Shown piece by piece: positions 1 through 10,023 of a stretch of 64,000 nucleotides of DNA. The stretch covers positions 75,915 through 139,914 of the forward strand of contig CAYMSO010000002.1 of assembly GCA_964393185.1 (NCBI GenBank), given 5' to 3'. The translations under genes were made by a program, and so were the position numbers. Below the pieces are notes generated by a model that saw nothing but the letters and a program-made list of their open reading frames with translations, did not search any database and had not been told where the DNA came from. This DNA is from an uncultured Candidatus Saccharibacteria bacterium (GTDB lineage Bacteria; Patescibacteriota; Dojkabacteria; J137). Within the stretch, counting starts at the first letter, position 1. Each line of letters starts with the position of its first letter.

Positions 1-162
1 ATATTGGTGGCTTCTTACCCGATGTCAAAACCTGAAACAAGTAATCTTTATTCCAGGTAAAAACTTTTGCGCCACCAAATTTTGTAGGATCAAATGTGAT
101 CATATTTAGAACATTATCTATTAATAATATAAAATAGCTACTGCTAAAGTACAAGTCGTAGT

Positions 163-246
163 ATAACTGATTACTCAAAACTGACAACTAATAGCTGATA
201 ACCGATAACCGACTACTGAATACTGATAACTGATAACTGATAACTA
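163..246 (+). repeat. Degenerate tandem heptamer array (about 12 units, AACYGAT type) abutting the mnmA stop codon
   Basis: Read directly: ATAACTG ATTACTC AAAACTG ACAACTA ATAGCTG ATAACCG ATAACCG ACTACTG AATACTG ATAACTG ATAACTG, strict 7-nt phase. Ends 1 nt before the stop at 247-249. Confidence 0.8.
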
Positions 247-1410
247 TTATTCAATAATTCCCCCTCCAAGACACTCTTGATCATCAAATATAACTAGACT
301 TTGCCCAGATGTAACTGCCCGTTGTGGGTTTGTAAATAAGAATTTAAGATTTTCATTATCGAACTTTCCAGATTGAGGAGCTTGTTGATATCTATGAACA
401 GCAGATAAATCTTCGAAGTTTAATGGCCCCTTGGCAACCCAGTGAACATCTTCAATTTTTGCCTCTGAAGAGTAGAGTGAAGGATGTCTCGAACTATGGC
501 AAACGTAAATTATATTATTTTTCAAATCTTTTTTGCACACATAGTATGGATCGCCTGCGCCTCCAATGCCCAATCCTTTTCTTTGGCCGATAGTGTAAAA
601 ATAAATACCCTTATGTTCTCCGACTTTTTGATTACTATCTATATCTAATATATCTCCTGGCTTTTCGGGTATATTGGCCATTAAAAATTGTAAAACATTA
701 ATTTCTCCTATAAAACATATCCCCTGACTATCTGGTTTCTGTTTATTCGGTAATCCAAATTTTTCTGCAAGTTCCCTAACTTTCTTTTTAGGAAATCTAC
801 CAACAGGGAAAAGACTTTTGGCAAGTTGTTGCTGCGTAATGTTATACAAAAAATAGACCTGGTTTTTTATATTGTCATTTCCAGTATAAAGATGGTAAGT
901 TACATCAGTACCATAATCCTTAGTATTAAGAGCATTAACAGTTTCATCTTCACTAAATTCCTCAGGATTTAAGACTTGATTGTTAGAATCTTTTATTATT
1001 TTTCTAGCATAGTGACCTGTTGCAATAAAGTCAGCACCCTCAGCTAAAGCTTTCTCGAGAAAAAGTTTAAATTTAATCTCTTTGTTGCACATTATATCTG
1101 GATTGGGCGTTCTCCCTGCTTTAAATTCAGCGAAAAAATATTCCACTACCTTTTCTCTATATTGTTTTTCAAAATTAAATGATCTAAAAGAAATATCCAA
1201 ATGTTTGCAAACAGCTTCTGCATCTTTTTGATCAACTTCCCACGGGCAGTCTGCCTGAATTCCAAAATCATCTCCCGACCAGTTTTTCATAAAAACACCT
1301 GTAACGTCGTATCCTTGGCGCTTTAACAATGCTGCAGAAACGGCAGAATCTACTCCGCCAGAAAGTGCTACAAATATCTTAGTTTTAGAATTATTCGCTA
1401 ATGTTTTCAC
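247..1410 (-). CDS. mnmA: tRNA-specific 2-thiouridylase MnmA
   Basis: 387-aa ORF. PP-loop SGGVDSAV near the N-terminus, NPDIMCN and GICFIG Cys motifs typical of MnmA/TrmU. Full-length. Confidence 0.9.
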   Translation of the reverse strand: MKTLANNSKTKIFVALSGGVDSAVSAALLKRQGYDVTGVFMKNWSGDDFGIQADCPWEVDQKDAEAVCKHLDISFRSFNFEKQYREKVVEYFFAEFKAGRTPNPDIMCNKEIKFKLFLEKALAEGADFIATGHYARKIIKDSNNQVLNPEEFSEDETVNALNTKDYGTDVTYHLYTGNDNIKNQVYFLYNITQQQLAKSLFPVGRFPKKKVRELAEKFGLPNKQKPDSQGICFIGEINVLQFLMANIPEKPGDILDIDSNQKVGEHKGIYFYTIGQRKGLGIGGAGDPYYVCKKDLKNNIIYVCHSSRHPSLYSSEAKIEDVHWVAKGPLNFEDLSAVHRYQQAPQSGKFDNENLKFLFTNPQRAVTSGQSLVIFDDQECLGGGIIE

Positions 1411-1431
1411 GAAGCAATTATACCATTAAAC

Positions 1432-2244
1432 CTAAAACAGCTTAGCTAAAAGCCAATATCCCAGCATAAAGAAGTAGCCGCCCATAGAAAAGGGGATAAT
1501 GCTGAGTAAAGTAACGTGCCCATGATCGAAAGTTTCATAGTTATATAGCCATAGTTTTCGGCCAAGGAATAGTTGGCATACTTTACCAAACAAGTATTCT
1601 AGGGTCCAGGCTGTTACACCGGCAGCAAAGCTAAAATACAAGTATCTCACATCCTTGGCCGCTAAATAAACCATAGGAATCAGAAAGCCACTAACAAAAA
1701 AACAGTAATTCAAATAAGTAAATTGTTTAAATCGAAAATCCTTATTAACAAGTAATTTTAAAATTAGTCTTGCTGATAATATAAGTAGCAAAATGAGGTT
1801 TGACAAAACCATGTATTCGAGTAAATCTCTGGATTTAATCATTCTATCTTCAATATTTACCAACTTTGCAACGTCAAAATACATAAGCCCGCCTATTCCC
1901 CACGGAATGTAGTTGAGTAAACTTGTAAATTTATTAAAAAGAGTAGCCACTTGGTAATCCCAAAACCTTCTTTTGAAAAGCAAGAACCAGGTTATAGAAA
2001 AAAAAGTTTCTCCAAACATTCCCCAAATTCCAGAAAAAAAGAAAAAGAGTAAACGCATATCATTCTCAACAAGCAAATATTCAGCTAAAGTACCAAAAAG
2101 CAGAGTAACTATAAATAAATGATAATGAGAGTAACTAAAAGAAAATCTAAATTTAACCTTTTTATGATTTAGAAACCGGATAGTATTAATTATAGTAAGT
2201 CCTATAACGAAAAATAGGCCAGACAGAATCAAATTTAAAAACAT
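1432..2244 (-). CDS. Polytopic membrane protein, function unknown
   Basis: 270-aa ORF with multiple hydrophobic segments, tightly packed between mnmA and the uvrB C-half. No motif recognised. Confidence 0.5.
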   Translation of the reverse strand: MFLNLILSGLFFVIGLTIINTIRFLNHKKVKFRFSFSYSHYHLFIVTLLFGTLAEYLLVENDMRLLFFFFSGIWGMFGETFFSITWFLLFKRRFWDYQVATLFNKFTSLLNYIPWGIGGLMYFDVAKLVNIEDRMIKSRDLLEYMVLSNLILLLILSARLILKLLVNKDFRFKQFTYLNYCFFVSGFLIPMVYLAAKDVRYLYFSFAAGVTAWTLEYLFGKVCQLFLGRKLWLYNYETFDHGHVTLLSIIPFSMGGYFFMLGYWLLAKLF

Positions 2245-2310
2245 GCAAAAGAATTAATTATGCAAACAATATATCTGCATAAAAGTACAAAATCAAGAAT
2301 TTAAATTATA

Positions 2311-3204
2311 TTATTTTTTACTAAGTTCTTGAATTAAATCGCGCATTTCTGCGGCTTTTTCGAATTCCATCATATCGGCATAAATTTGCATCTGAAATTT
2401 GAGTTCCTTAATAAATTTGGATTGCTCGGACTTGGTCATAGCTTTATACGCCTCGGCTTGCTTCATCAAATTTTCTTCATGATAATCTTTCTCTTCCTCC
2501 TTATCTTTAAATCTATCTAATTGGTTTACAATAGCTTTTTTAATAGAGGTAGGCGTTATTCCGTGTTTCTGATTATATTCTTCCTGAACCTTTCTTCTTC
2601 TTCTTGTTTCGTCGATTGCCCTTTTCATTGAATCAGTGATTTTATCGCAGTACATAATCACTTTACCCTCGGAATGTCTAGCTGCTCTTCCAATTGTCTG
2701 AATCAAACTTGTGTCTGATCGCAAGAAACCTTCTTTGTCGGCATCAAGTATAATAACAAGAGACACTTCCGGCAGATCCAATCCTTCTCTTAGTAAATTG
2801 ATTCCTACAAGAACATCGTAGAGCCCTTTTCGTAAATCCCTCAAAATTTCTACTCGCTCTACTGTATCTATGTCTGAATGTAAATACTTAGCTTTTATAT
2901 CTTTTTCAATTAAATAATCCGACAGTTCCTCGGCCATTCTTTTGGTTAGAGTAGTAATCAAAACACGCTCACCTTTTTTGATTCTAAGATCAATTTCTTT
3001 AAGTACATTTGGGATTTGTGGTTCTGACCAATTGCTGGTTTGTGCAATTGGCATATCTAAATAACCGCATCTTTCAACTTCGTTTTTTAACTGCAAAAAT
3101 GTTTCTGGTAAAGTAGGGCGCAACTCGAGTATGGGATCTAATAGCCCAGTTGGTCTTATGATTTGATAAACAATTCCCTGATAGTCTTTAGGTAAAGTAG
3201 ACAT
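2311..3204 (-). CDS. uvrB: UvrB C-terminal half (RecA-like domain 3 plus UVR domain) as a stand-alone gene
   Basis: 297 aa. Starts MSTLPKDYQ, then [15 protein letters not shown]. Helicase motifs [29 protein letters not shown] and [10 protein letters not shown]-terminal UVR helix [14 protein letters not shown]. Confidence 0.9.
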   Translation of the reverse strand: MSTLPKDYQGIVYQIIRPTGLLDPILELRPTLPETFLQLKNEVERCGYLDMPIAQTSNWSEPQIPNVLKEIDLRIKKGERVLITTLTKRMAEELSDYLIEKDIKAKYLHSDIDTVERVEILRDLRKGLYDVLVGINLLREGLDLPEVSLVIILDADKEGFLRSDTSLIQTIGRAARHSEGKVIMYCDKITDSMKRAIDETRRRRKVQEEYNQKHGITPTSIKKAIVNQLDRFKDKEEEKDYHEENLMKQAEAYKAMTKSEQSKFIKELKFQMQIYADMMEFEKAAEMRDLIQELSKK

Positions 3205-3226
3205 TAAAAATACTTAACGACTCTTA

Positions 3227-3232
3227 ATTATA
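3227..3232 (-). promoter_or_regulatory. Candidate -10 box (TATAAT) 22 nt upstream of the uvrB C-half ATG
   Basis: Minus strand reads ACTTAGGGTATAATTAAGAGTCGTTAAGTATTTTTAATG. No convincing -35 seen. Confidence 0.4.
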
Positions 3233-3261
3233 CCCTAAGTATGTATTTTAGTGAGAGGTTT

Positions 3262-3732
3262 TCACATTAGCTGGTTTTCTGCTCCAGTCCACGACTTGTA
3301 TTCTGCTTCCACTTCTTCAAAAGTTGTAGCTACTTCGCATATAGCTGCCATGTCTGTGACCCTACATTCATATTCAGTAGGATATTTATTAGAAAGTAAA
3401 TGTGCTGCAAGTACTACAATATCATCTTGTCTTACACCTTCTAAGTTCCTTAATTGTGCAAGTTCATAAGTAAAAGTAGCTTCTTCATCGTATGCAAAGT
3501 TGCAAATTGGCGAAACCTGCCTTAAAATTTCGCTAACGTCTAATCCATAGTTATTTATCGCGGTTATAAAATTGATTTCGCTAAAACCTTCTACATTCGA
3601 GAATATACTTTCATATATATTACTGAGGTATTCACGCTCATCCAATACTCTCAAAATTAACTTAGCTTTTCTATCTGGAACAATTCCTGTTGTAAGTAAT
3701 TTTTCTACTAAAAGTTTTTTATTTGTTTTCAT
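3262..3732 (-). CDS. Hypothetical protein (ORFan) at the inner junction next to the uvrB C-half
   Basis: 156-aa ORF with coding-like composition. The antisense ORFs (3251..3469, 3572..3781) look like shadows. No motif recognised. Confidence 0.4.
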   Translation of the reverse strand: MKTNKKLLVEKLLTTGIVPDRKAKLILRVLDEREYLSNIYESIFSNVEGFSEINFITAINNYGLDVSEILRQVSPICNFAYDEEATFTYELAQLRNLEGVRQDDIVVLAAHLLSNKYPTEYECRVTDMAAICEVATTFEEVEAEYKSWTGAENQLM

Positions 3733-3852
3733 AATTGTCGTTAACTATGGGCAACATTATATCATATTTATAGAGTTTTGATAATTAGTCGATATGAGGT
3801 ATTATTAAGTAGTAAAGGAATTATCCTTATCTTTATTTCTTACACTAATAAA

Positions 3853-4290
3853 ATGTTTGGCGATTTAAACAAAGTACAATTAATGGGGAACGTAACTAAT
3901 GATCCTGACCTAAGGTTCACACCAAGTGGTAGTGCAGTTTTAAACTTTAGCATAGCAACCAATCGAAGCTATAAAGTTGGAGAAGAGTGGAAAGAAGAAG
4001 TAGCTTTTCACAATATTGTTGTTTGGAGAAATGCAGAAAGCCTTGCCAAAAGACTAAAAAAAGGTACTAGAATTTATGTTGAGGGTAGGCTAAATACTAG
4101 AAGCTGGGACGATACAGAAACAGGAAAGAAAAATTACAAAACAGAAGTAATTGTCGATAATGTGATTTTGATTGCTAGGTACGAAGGTGAGCATTCAGCA
4201 AGTGCCGGAGAATCTACAGCTAAACCGTCCAAACCAGCTAAAACAGATACAGAAGATGAAGTAATTGATCCAAACGATCTTCCATTCTAA
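3853..4290 (+). CDS. ssb: Single-stranded DNA-binding protein
   Basis: OB-fold sequence NKVQLMGNVTNDPDLRFTPSG...FHNIVVWR, acidic C-terminal tail ending DLPF. ATG at 3853 preferred over the upstream alternative start at 3778. Confidence 0.9.
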   Translation: MFGDLNKVQLMGNVTNDPDLRFTPSGSAVLNFSIATNRSYKVGEEWKEEVAFHNIVVWRNAESLAKRLKKGTRIYVEGRLNTRSWDDTETGKKNYKTEVIVDNVILIARYEGEHSASAGESTAKPSKPAKTDTEDEVIDPNDLPF

Positions 4291-4303
4291 AATTCTAACT
4301 GCT

Positions 4304-4349
4304 CTGTGCAAAACCAAATGTAAAATATTATACATTTGGTTTTGCACAG
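4304..4349 (+). terminator. Perfect 19-bp stem hairpin just downstream of ssb
   Basis: CTGTGCAAAACCAAATGTA-AAATATTA-TACATTTGGTTTTGCACAG. No U-tract follows, so terminator/stabiliser function is inferred. Confidence 0.5.
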
Positions 4350-4364
4350 CAAGAAATACATCAG

Positions 4365-5396
4365 ATGAAGCACAACAATGTATTCCAAATCAAAAAACAC
4401 TCCATTGCCTTGATTTCAGTATTGATTCTTATATACTTAATTATTCACAAACTACTAATTGGAAGATTTTGGTTATGGAACATCACTTCCGTGATCCCAC
4501 CTGTTTTCTATTTGTTGCTTGCCGTAGCAAGCGTTTATATATCCATACTTTTAATATTCAAGCATCTAAAAAGCATTTACTTAGTAAATATTTTTGTGAG
4601 CTTTGCTTCTATATGGCTAGCAATTGGAATATCCGATCTAAATTTATACTTTTTGCACCAAAGTGCCGCTAAATCAGAGGAAGACATTAGTATCTTTAAT
4701 TGGAATACAGAATTTTGGGAAAATGAGCAGGATTTAGAAAATCTTTATGAATTTTTGCAGAAACAAAATGCAGATATCTATAATCTGCAAGAATTTATTC
4801 CTGTTGTAACTTCTCAAGATGGAAAATACGTAGAAGTTGAGCTCTCAAGACTAGAAGAATACTTTCCTGATCACGAGCTGATAAATCGAGGAGAATTCGT
4901 AAGTCTGTCTAAGTATCCTATTAGAAAAGTCTACAATACGGTTGATTATAAATTTCTAAAATATGATATTGAAGTAGAGGAAGATATACTTACTATATAT
5001 AATGTACACTTGCCAATGCAATTTTCTGGGCCATCTGCATTCAGATCTTTTCCTGATGAATTCAGCCAAATTAAAAGTCAATTTAAATACCGCCAATATG
5101 TTATAAACAAATTAAGCAAAGATATTGCAAAAGCAAACTCTCCATATATCATTTCTGGTGATTTCAATACTACTAAATCAATGGGAATTATGGACGAATT
5201 ACTAGATGAGCATAAGGATTCTTACAAACTAAACCGAAGAATTATACCAACTACCTGGAATAAATTAGGTGTCAGACTTTGGAGAATTGATTATGTACTA
5301 GCAAGTGAAAAAGTAATTTTTGTTGGGCACAAAGACATTGATCCTTTAAATTTTTCTGATCATTGGGGGCAATTAGTTACGTTTAGAGTTGAATAA
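4365..5396 (+). CDS. Membrane-anchored endonuclease/exonuclease/phosphatase (EEP) family protein
   Basis: N-terminal TM segments, then EEP motifs: NWN, NLQE, NVHL, SGDFN, RIDYV, SDHW. Confidence 0.7.
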   Translation: MKHNNVFQIKKHSIALISVLILIYLIIHKLLIGRFWLWNITSVIPPVFYLLLAVASVYISILLIFKHLKSIYLVNIFVSFASIWLAIGISDLNLYFLHQSAAKSEEDISIFNWNTEFWENEQDLENLYEFLQKQNADIYNLQEFIPVVTSQDGKYVEVELSRLEEYFPDHELINRGEFVSLSKYPIRKVYNTVDYKFLKYDIEVEEDILTIYNVHLPMQFSGPSAFRSFPDEFSQIKSQFKYRQYVINKLSKDIAKANSPYIISGDFNTTKSMGIMDELLDEHKDSYKLNRRIIPTTWNKLGVRLWRIDYVLASEKVIFVGHKDIDPLNFSDHWGQLVTFRVE

Positions 5397-5906
5397 CTAG
5401 ATGCTATAAAGAACTATACCTATGCTTGTTCCAACATTTAAGCTTGCACCTTTGCCATACATTGGAATATGCGTTGCTAAATCACACTTGGCTAAAGTAT
5501 CTTTTACTATTCCATAAACTTCACTTCCAGCAATAAAACAGATTTTATTTTCTCTCTGCAAAGTTCTATCCAAAGTATCCATAGGGATTGATTTGTCTGT
5601 CAGTTCTATTGCTACAATACGAAAACCTTGTTTTTTTAATGTATGTATTATCTTGCCAGTATCGCCTTTGCACCATTCAACAGAGGCTTCTTTATTTCTA
5701 GAGGCCTTTCTAAGATCCTTTCCAAAAGGCGGAGTTTTTGTAATACCCGTTAAATATATTCTTTTTACTCCTGCAGCATCGGCTGTTCTAAATATTCCGG
5801 CAACATTTCTTGCGTATTCTATATTTTCTAAAATTAGATAAATAAGCTTATCTCTTTTTTGATCTTTAAACATTTTTTTTATATCCTTTTTTCGTAGTTG
5901 TTTCAT
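5397..5906 (-). CDS. SpoU/TrmH-family RNA 2'-O-methyltransferase
   Basis: Motifs NVAGIFRTADAAGV, FIAGSEVYGI and IPMYGKGASLNVGTSIGIVLY. Confidence 0.8.
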   Translation of the reverse strand: MKQLRKKDIKKMFKDQKRDKLIYLILENIEYARNVAGIFRTADAAGVKRIYLTGITKTPPFGKDLRKASRNKEASVEWCKGDTGKIIHTLKKQGFRIVAIELTDKSIPMDTLDRTLQRENKICFIAGSEVYGIVKDTLAKCDLATHIPMYGKGASLNVGTSIGIVLYSI

Positions 5907-5945
5907 AAATTTTGTTTTGATTTTTCTCTATAGTATAATAGCAGC

Positions 5946-6620
5946 ATGAAAGGATTTTTCAAATCAACAACAACACTTGTACTAATCATTGTTTTTCTAG
6001 TTGCATGCATATTATCCATGCTGCTGATTTTTGCAGCAAGCTGGTTACATACCTATAAATCATTTACAAGAGAAAAAACGGTTGCAGAAATCAGAATTTC
6101 GGAACAAAAAGAAGACGAGCTTGGTAAATACGTAGAAGTTGAATTAACTCCAATAGTTAATGATCAGAGCGCTTTGTCTAGAATATTTATAGGAGAAGAA
6201 GATCCAAATCCAACAAAACTTAGTACCGAAACTTATAAACTTTATGGCGACTTAGTAGAAATTGGAGGACCAATAATAAAATTCAAAAATGGACTGATTT
6301 TAGTAAATTTTGAAACGGCTTATAAATTAAACATACTTGATGTCGAATACGAAAATGATGATGTTGCAGAAGAAAATAGAACTTCAGAAATGATAGATAG
6401 AGTAAGAATAGGCGAGAATGATAACACATACAGACAGATTGCAGATGCAATCAGAGAAGACAGTATTACGGGAAAAATATACAAGATTTTTTTTGACGGA
6501 GAGCCTCAAAGAAAGCAAACTGCTATTTATGTAACCGATAAACCTGTTGAAGGTGTAATTGTAATTAGGAATGATGGATTCCATTGGATAGCAAAAGAGC
6601 TAGACGATACAGCAGAGTAG
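5946..6620 (+). CDS. Hypothetical protein with N-terminal membrane anchor
   Basis: 224-aa ORF, TM helix near the N-terminus. TATAAT (5934-5939) lies 6 nt before the ATG. Confidence 0.4.
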   Translation: MKGFFKSTTTLVLIIVFLVACILSMLLIFAASWLHTYKSFTREKTVAEIRISEQKEDELGKYVEVELTPIVNDQSALSRIFIGEEDPNPTKLSTETYKLYGDLVEIGGPIIKFKNGLILVNFETAYKLNILDVEYENDDVAEENRTSEMIDRVRIGENDNTYRQIADAIREDSITGKIYKIFFDGEPQRKQTAIYVTDKPVEGVIVIRNDGFHWIAKELDDTAE

Positions 6621-6770
6621 TGTATGATTAATTACCTTTTTCGAATAAATTTTGCAAATTTGCTAAAATAATCTGCTCGCGATGTGTGCCAAAGATTTAG
6701 AGTAATTGTGCATTATCTATGGCGAAGAGTCTTCGTGAACTTTAATAAAAAAATACGGTCTATAGTTTAT

Positions 6771-6842
6771 GGTGTCATGGCCAAGTGGTAAGGCGAGAGT
6801 CTGCAAAACTCTTATTCCCCGGTTCGAATCCGGGTGACACCT
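6771..6842 (+). tRNA. tRNA-Cys (anticodon GCA)
   Basis: Cloverleaf folded by hand: acceptor GGTGTCA/TGACACC, anticodon stem AGAGT/ACTCT with loop CTGCAAA, T-arm CCCGG-TTCGAAT-CCGGG, discriminator U. No encoded CCA. Confidence 0.9.
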
Positions 6843-6871
6843 AATTAGTTAAAACCACATATTTTTCTCTT

Positions 6872-7429
6872 ATGAATGTCGAGCTAAAAGCTTTTTCTGT
6901 GCACAACTTTTTTGAACCCAATAATACTGCATCTGTAATTCCATTGAACAGCAACTATAAAGTAAGCGAAGTAGATTTAAAGCGGATTGTGAACATATGC
7001 AACCAGGAAGAGGTTTATAGTTTACTATTTTCTAAAAAGTTAAAAGGAAATCCTTATGAAGTCAAAAATGCTCAGGGATTTATCTCTTGGGCAACAGAAG
7101 GTTGGAAAACTAAAAAGTACTTTGTATTTCTAATTAAACAAGGAGATAGAATCATTGGAGCAATTGATATTAAATCAAATAATATAGAAGGAGCAGAAAT
7201 CGGTTACTGGATGGACAATAGATCAAAAGGATTTATGACAAATGTGGTTATCGAATTATGCAAATTTGCAAAAGCAGCTGGGTTCTTAAAACTTATCGGA
7301 TTTACAAAAATCTTCAACGAAAGCTCTCAAAGAGTACTTATAAGAGCTGGTTTTGAATTCGAGGGTAAAGTTATTCTCGAAGGAGAAGAGCGTTATAAAT
7401 ATTCTAAAGATTTAAGCTTGCTAAATTAG
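6872..7429 (+). CDS. GNAT-family N-acetyltransferase
   Basis: 185 aa. Region IGAIDIK...EIGYWMDNRSKGFMTNVV...RVLIRAGFEFEG matches the GNAT acetyl-CoA binding core. Confidence 0.7.
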   Translation: MNVELKAFSVHNFFEPNNTASVIPLNSNYKVSEVDLKRIVNICNQEEVYSLLFSKKLKGNPYEVKNAQGFISWATEGWKTKKYFVFLIKQGDRIIGAIDIKSNNIEGAEIGYWMDNRSKGFMTNVVIELCKFAKAAGFLKLIGFTKIFNESSQRVLIRAGFEFEGKVILEGEERYKYSKDLSLLN

Positions 7430-8050
7430 AATTGGGTTACCTACAAAATTAACTTCAGAACCGTTGACGACCAACGCTTCACCATTTTTCAATAAATATG
7501 CGTTGATACTCTTTCCATTGATAATATTTTTTACATCTTCCAGTCTTTCCTGAGTAAAATGCGGATATACTTCAAAATCTATCAACCCAAAGCCCTCAAC
7601 ATCTTTTGCATCTGGATCCGGTTCACCTATATAATTTATGGCTAGTTCCTGAGTCTTGGACATGCACATCGACCCTGCACTTGTAGTCAGTAATAATTTA
7701 TTACTTCTAATGACAGATTCAACATGTTGTCGGAGATTTTGACTATCTAGTATTCTCATTAATCGAGATACCAGACCTCCAGTAATAACTAAACCATCAC
7801 AATTATTCAAACTTGTAATAAATTTATGTTTATCTAGATATTCCAGATCTAGCAACATAAAGTTACAACTGCAAAAAGATTGCATACTTGATGTTGTCCA
7901 ATAAACCATTTCGGCTTTCTCAGTACCTTGCCCTGCATTAGGTAAAATGCCAAATGTGCATTTATCTAACTTGCTATTGCCAGCCAAGTTCTCAAGTGCT
8001 GTAAAAATTTTGCTATTAATTATATCCGCTGATGCTAAAACTGCCTTCAT
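7421..8050 (-). CDS. Peptidase S51 (dipeptidase E-like) family protein
   Basis: GLVITGG...RL, nucleophile-like TTSAGSM and FEVYPHF resemble PepE family motifs. 3' end overlaps the convergent GNAT gene by 9 nt. Confidence 0.55.
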   Translation of the reverse strand: MKAVLASADIINSKIFTALENLAGNSKLDKCTFGILPNAGQGTEKAEMVYWTTSSMQSFCSCNFMLLDLEYLDKHKFITSLNNCDGLVITGGLVSRLMRILDSQNLRQHVESVIRSNKLLLTTSAGSMCMSKTQELAINYIGEPDPDAKDVEGFGLIDFEVYPHFTQERLEDVKNIINGKSINAYLLKNGEALVVNGSEVNFVGNPILI

Positions 8051-8129
8051 AAGATCCTTAATACAAATATTAATTCAAACTTCCCTCACATTTCTGCAAG
8101 GGAGCTTAAATTTATTTTAATACCTCCTC

Positions 8130-9863
8130 TTAATAACCATACTTTGTATTCAACTCATTCAGTAAGTCGTAGTATTCATCAGCAGAGATTTCATTATTAT
8201 TATATCTTTCAGTTATTTCATCATAATCATTTAGATATCCTTCATAATCAAAATCTTCGAAGTTGAAATCATCTAATGAAGAATCATCATAATCATAGTC
8301 ATAATTATAATCTGACTCAATTGATGGTCCCAATGGTTTATATAGATTATCCGTTATCATTGATGTATCGAATAATTGTTCTAAATCCATCTCTCCTACT
8401 AATGCGTTAAAGCCTTCAGTAAAGTCCATATCAGCTTCTGGAACTACTATCTCGTAATCAGAATCGTAGCTTACTGTCAAAAATTGTAATTCAATATTTG
8501 AGGATACTTCGTCTGCATCAAAAGAAACTTTAAGACCGATACCTCTACTAGTGTCATCTTCTTTGTCTGAACACGAAGTCATACTCATCTTAAGATCCAA
8601 ATCTTCTAATGAGTTTTCTAACTCATCCATTGTTTCGTCAATAGATTCTTCAATATCCTCGACTGATTCTTCTCCTTCGTAAGATTCATCTTCAACAATT
8701 ACTTTTGCCATTTTTTTACCACCATTTCTTGTTACTTCTATCATATTTGCGAAATTTACATCTCCTGATACACATTTTGAGTTGCTTTCTTCTCTTATTG
8801 GGTCTACATTTTCCACATTGGAGAATACTTCGTAGTCGTTTATCATATCTTCCAATATGCTCATTAATTTTGGACCCACTCTCTGTAATATTTCTCTGTC
8901 TTCTTCATCCATTGATTCAAGTGTCTGCTCAAGACTAGTGTTAAATTCTTTAATAAAGTCGGATTTGCTTAATTCTTCTGTATCAAGACCATTAGAATAT
9001 GTTTGCAATAATTCAGCGTACTGAGGTATTAATTCAGCAACAAATGATTCTGCATTTATAGTAACTACCTTGTCCTCAATTGCAGCAATTGAATTAATTT
9101 CGTCCTGAGATAAACCTTCTTCTGCATCAATTTCTACATTACTTAGTTTTAAATATCCCTGAAGTTTATCCATTGTATATTCAAAATCTGCCTTGATCAC
9201 ATCTTCTGCTACTCTGTAGTCAAGATTACCTTCAACGTACATTGTTGGTAGCAAATTACCTAATTCTTCAGTATCCAAGTCTTCTAGGTAAGCTTGAAGA
9301 TCTTCTATATCTTCGAGATTATTTTCAGAATAATTTTCTGGATATTCGATGTATAGATCAGCACTTAAAGACATTTCGCCTTCAAAATCATCTTCTTTAT
9401 TTTCAAAATCTACATTCATTTCAATTGTGTTGTAGACAGTTTTTCCAGAAAGATCTATATCTTTTGAAGCAAGATGATTCAACTTGCCTGCAGATTCTTC
9501 GATATCTTCTACAAGCTTTTCTATGTCAAATACTTTCTTTGGATCTTCAGAATCTAATTCATCAAAATTGATAGCATTTATTACTGTTTTAATATTATCC
9601 TTTGCATATGCTTCCAATTCCTCAACTCCCGAATCAGCAGAGCTTACGCTAGAACTATCAGATACATTATTGTAAAGGAAGTATCCACCCAACGCCAAAG
9701 CAGCAGCTACAGCTACAACCCCTGCTACCACTAATCCAAAAGATGTCGGATTTTTCTTAGCAGGTGTTTCGGAAGCAGGAACGCTTTTTTCAGAGTTACT
9801 TACCGTATGCTCTGTCTCTGGCTTTGTTTCCTTTTCTTCCTCCTTGTTTTTTTTCTCCTCCAT
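8130..9863 (-). CDS. Hyper-acidic membrane-anchored protein, function unknown
   Basis: 577 aa. Lys/Glu-rich N-terminus, one TM (FGLVVAGVVAVAAALALGGYFLY), then a long D/E-rich ectodomain ending in DYNYDYDYDD-type tracts. Confidence 0.5.
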   Translation of the reverse strand: MEEKKNKEEEKETKPETEHTVSNSEKSVPASETPAKKNPTSFGLVVAGVVAVAAALALGGYFLYNNVSDSSSVSSADSGVEELEAYAKDNIKTVINAINFDELDSEDPKKVFDIEKLVEDIEESAGKLNHLASKDIDLSGKTVYNTIEMNVDFENKEDDFEGEMSLSADLYIEYPENYSENNLEDIEDLQAYLEDLDTEELGNLLPTMYVEGNLDYRVAEDVIKADFEYTMDKLQGYLKLSNVEIDAEEGLSQDEINSIAAIEDKVVTINAESFVAELIPQYAELLQTYSNGLDTEELSKSDFIKEFNTSLEQTLESMDEEDREILQRVGPKLMSILEDMINDYEVFSNVENVDPIREESNSKCVSGDVNFANMIEVTRNGGKKMAKVIVEDESYEGEESVEDIEESIDETMDELENSLEDLDLKMSMTSCSDKEDDTSRGIGLKVSFDADEVSSNIELQFLTVSYDSDYEIVVPEADMDFTEGFNALVGEMDLEQLFDTSMITDNLYKPLGPSIESDYNYDYDYDDSSLDDFNFEDFDYEGYLNDYDEITERYNNNEISADEYYDLLNELNTKYGY

Positions 9864-10023
9864 AGAATATGATTAACGAAATAAATTAATTTAAAAAAAA
9901 GCTTACTATAAGCTAATTCTAATACATAACACTAGAAATTCCAAGTTTTGAAAGTTAGTTATTGCAATCACTTTAAAAAATCAAACATTCGAAATCTCAA
10001 GTCACCAACATTGATCATCATTT

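Noticed and set aside
4265-4672. 135-aa ORF overlapping the ssb 3' end, the hairpin and the EEP gene
   Set aside because: It is out of frame with the well-supported EEP-family ORF 4365-5396 and crosses a perfect hairpin. It is a frame shadow.
6650-6670. 10-bp palindrome GCAAATTTGC upstream of tRNA-Cys as an operator
   Set aside because: It is a single short AT-rich palindrome, expected by chance in this composition. There is no second half-site or associated regulator.
8051-8129. Hairpin TCCCT-12 nt-AGGGA as a terminator after the acidic protein gene
   Set aside because: It has only a 5-bp stem, a large loop and a poor U-tract, which is too weak to call.
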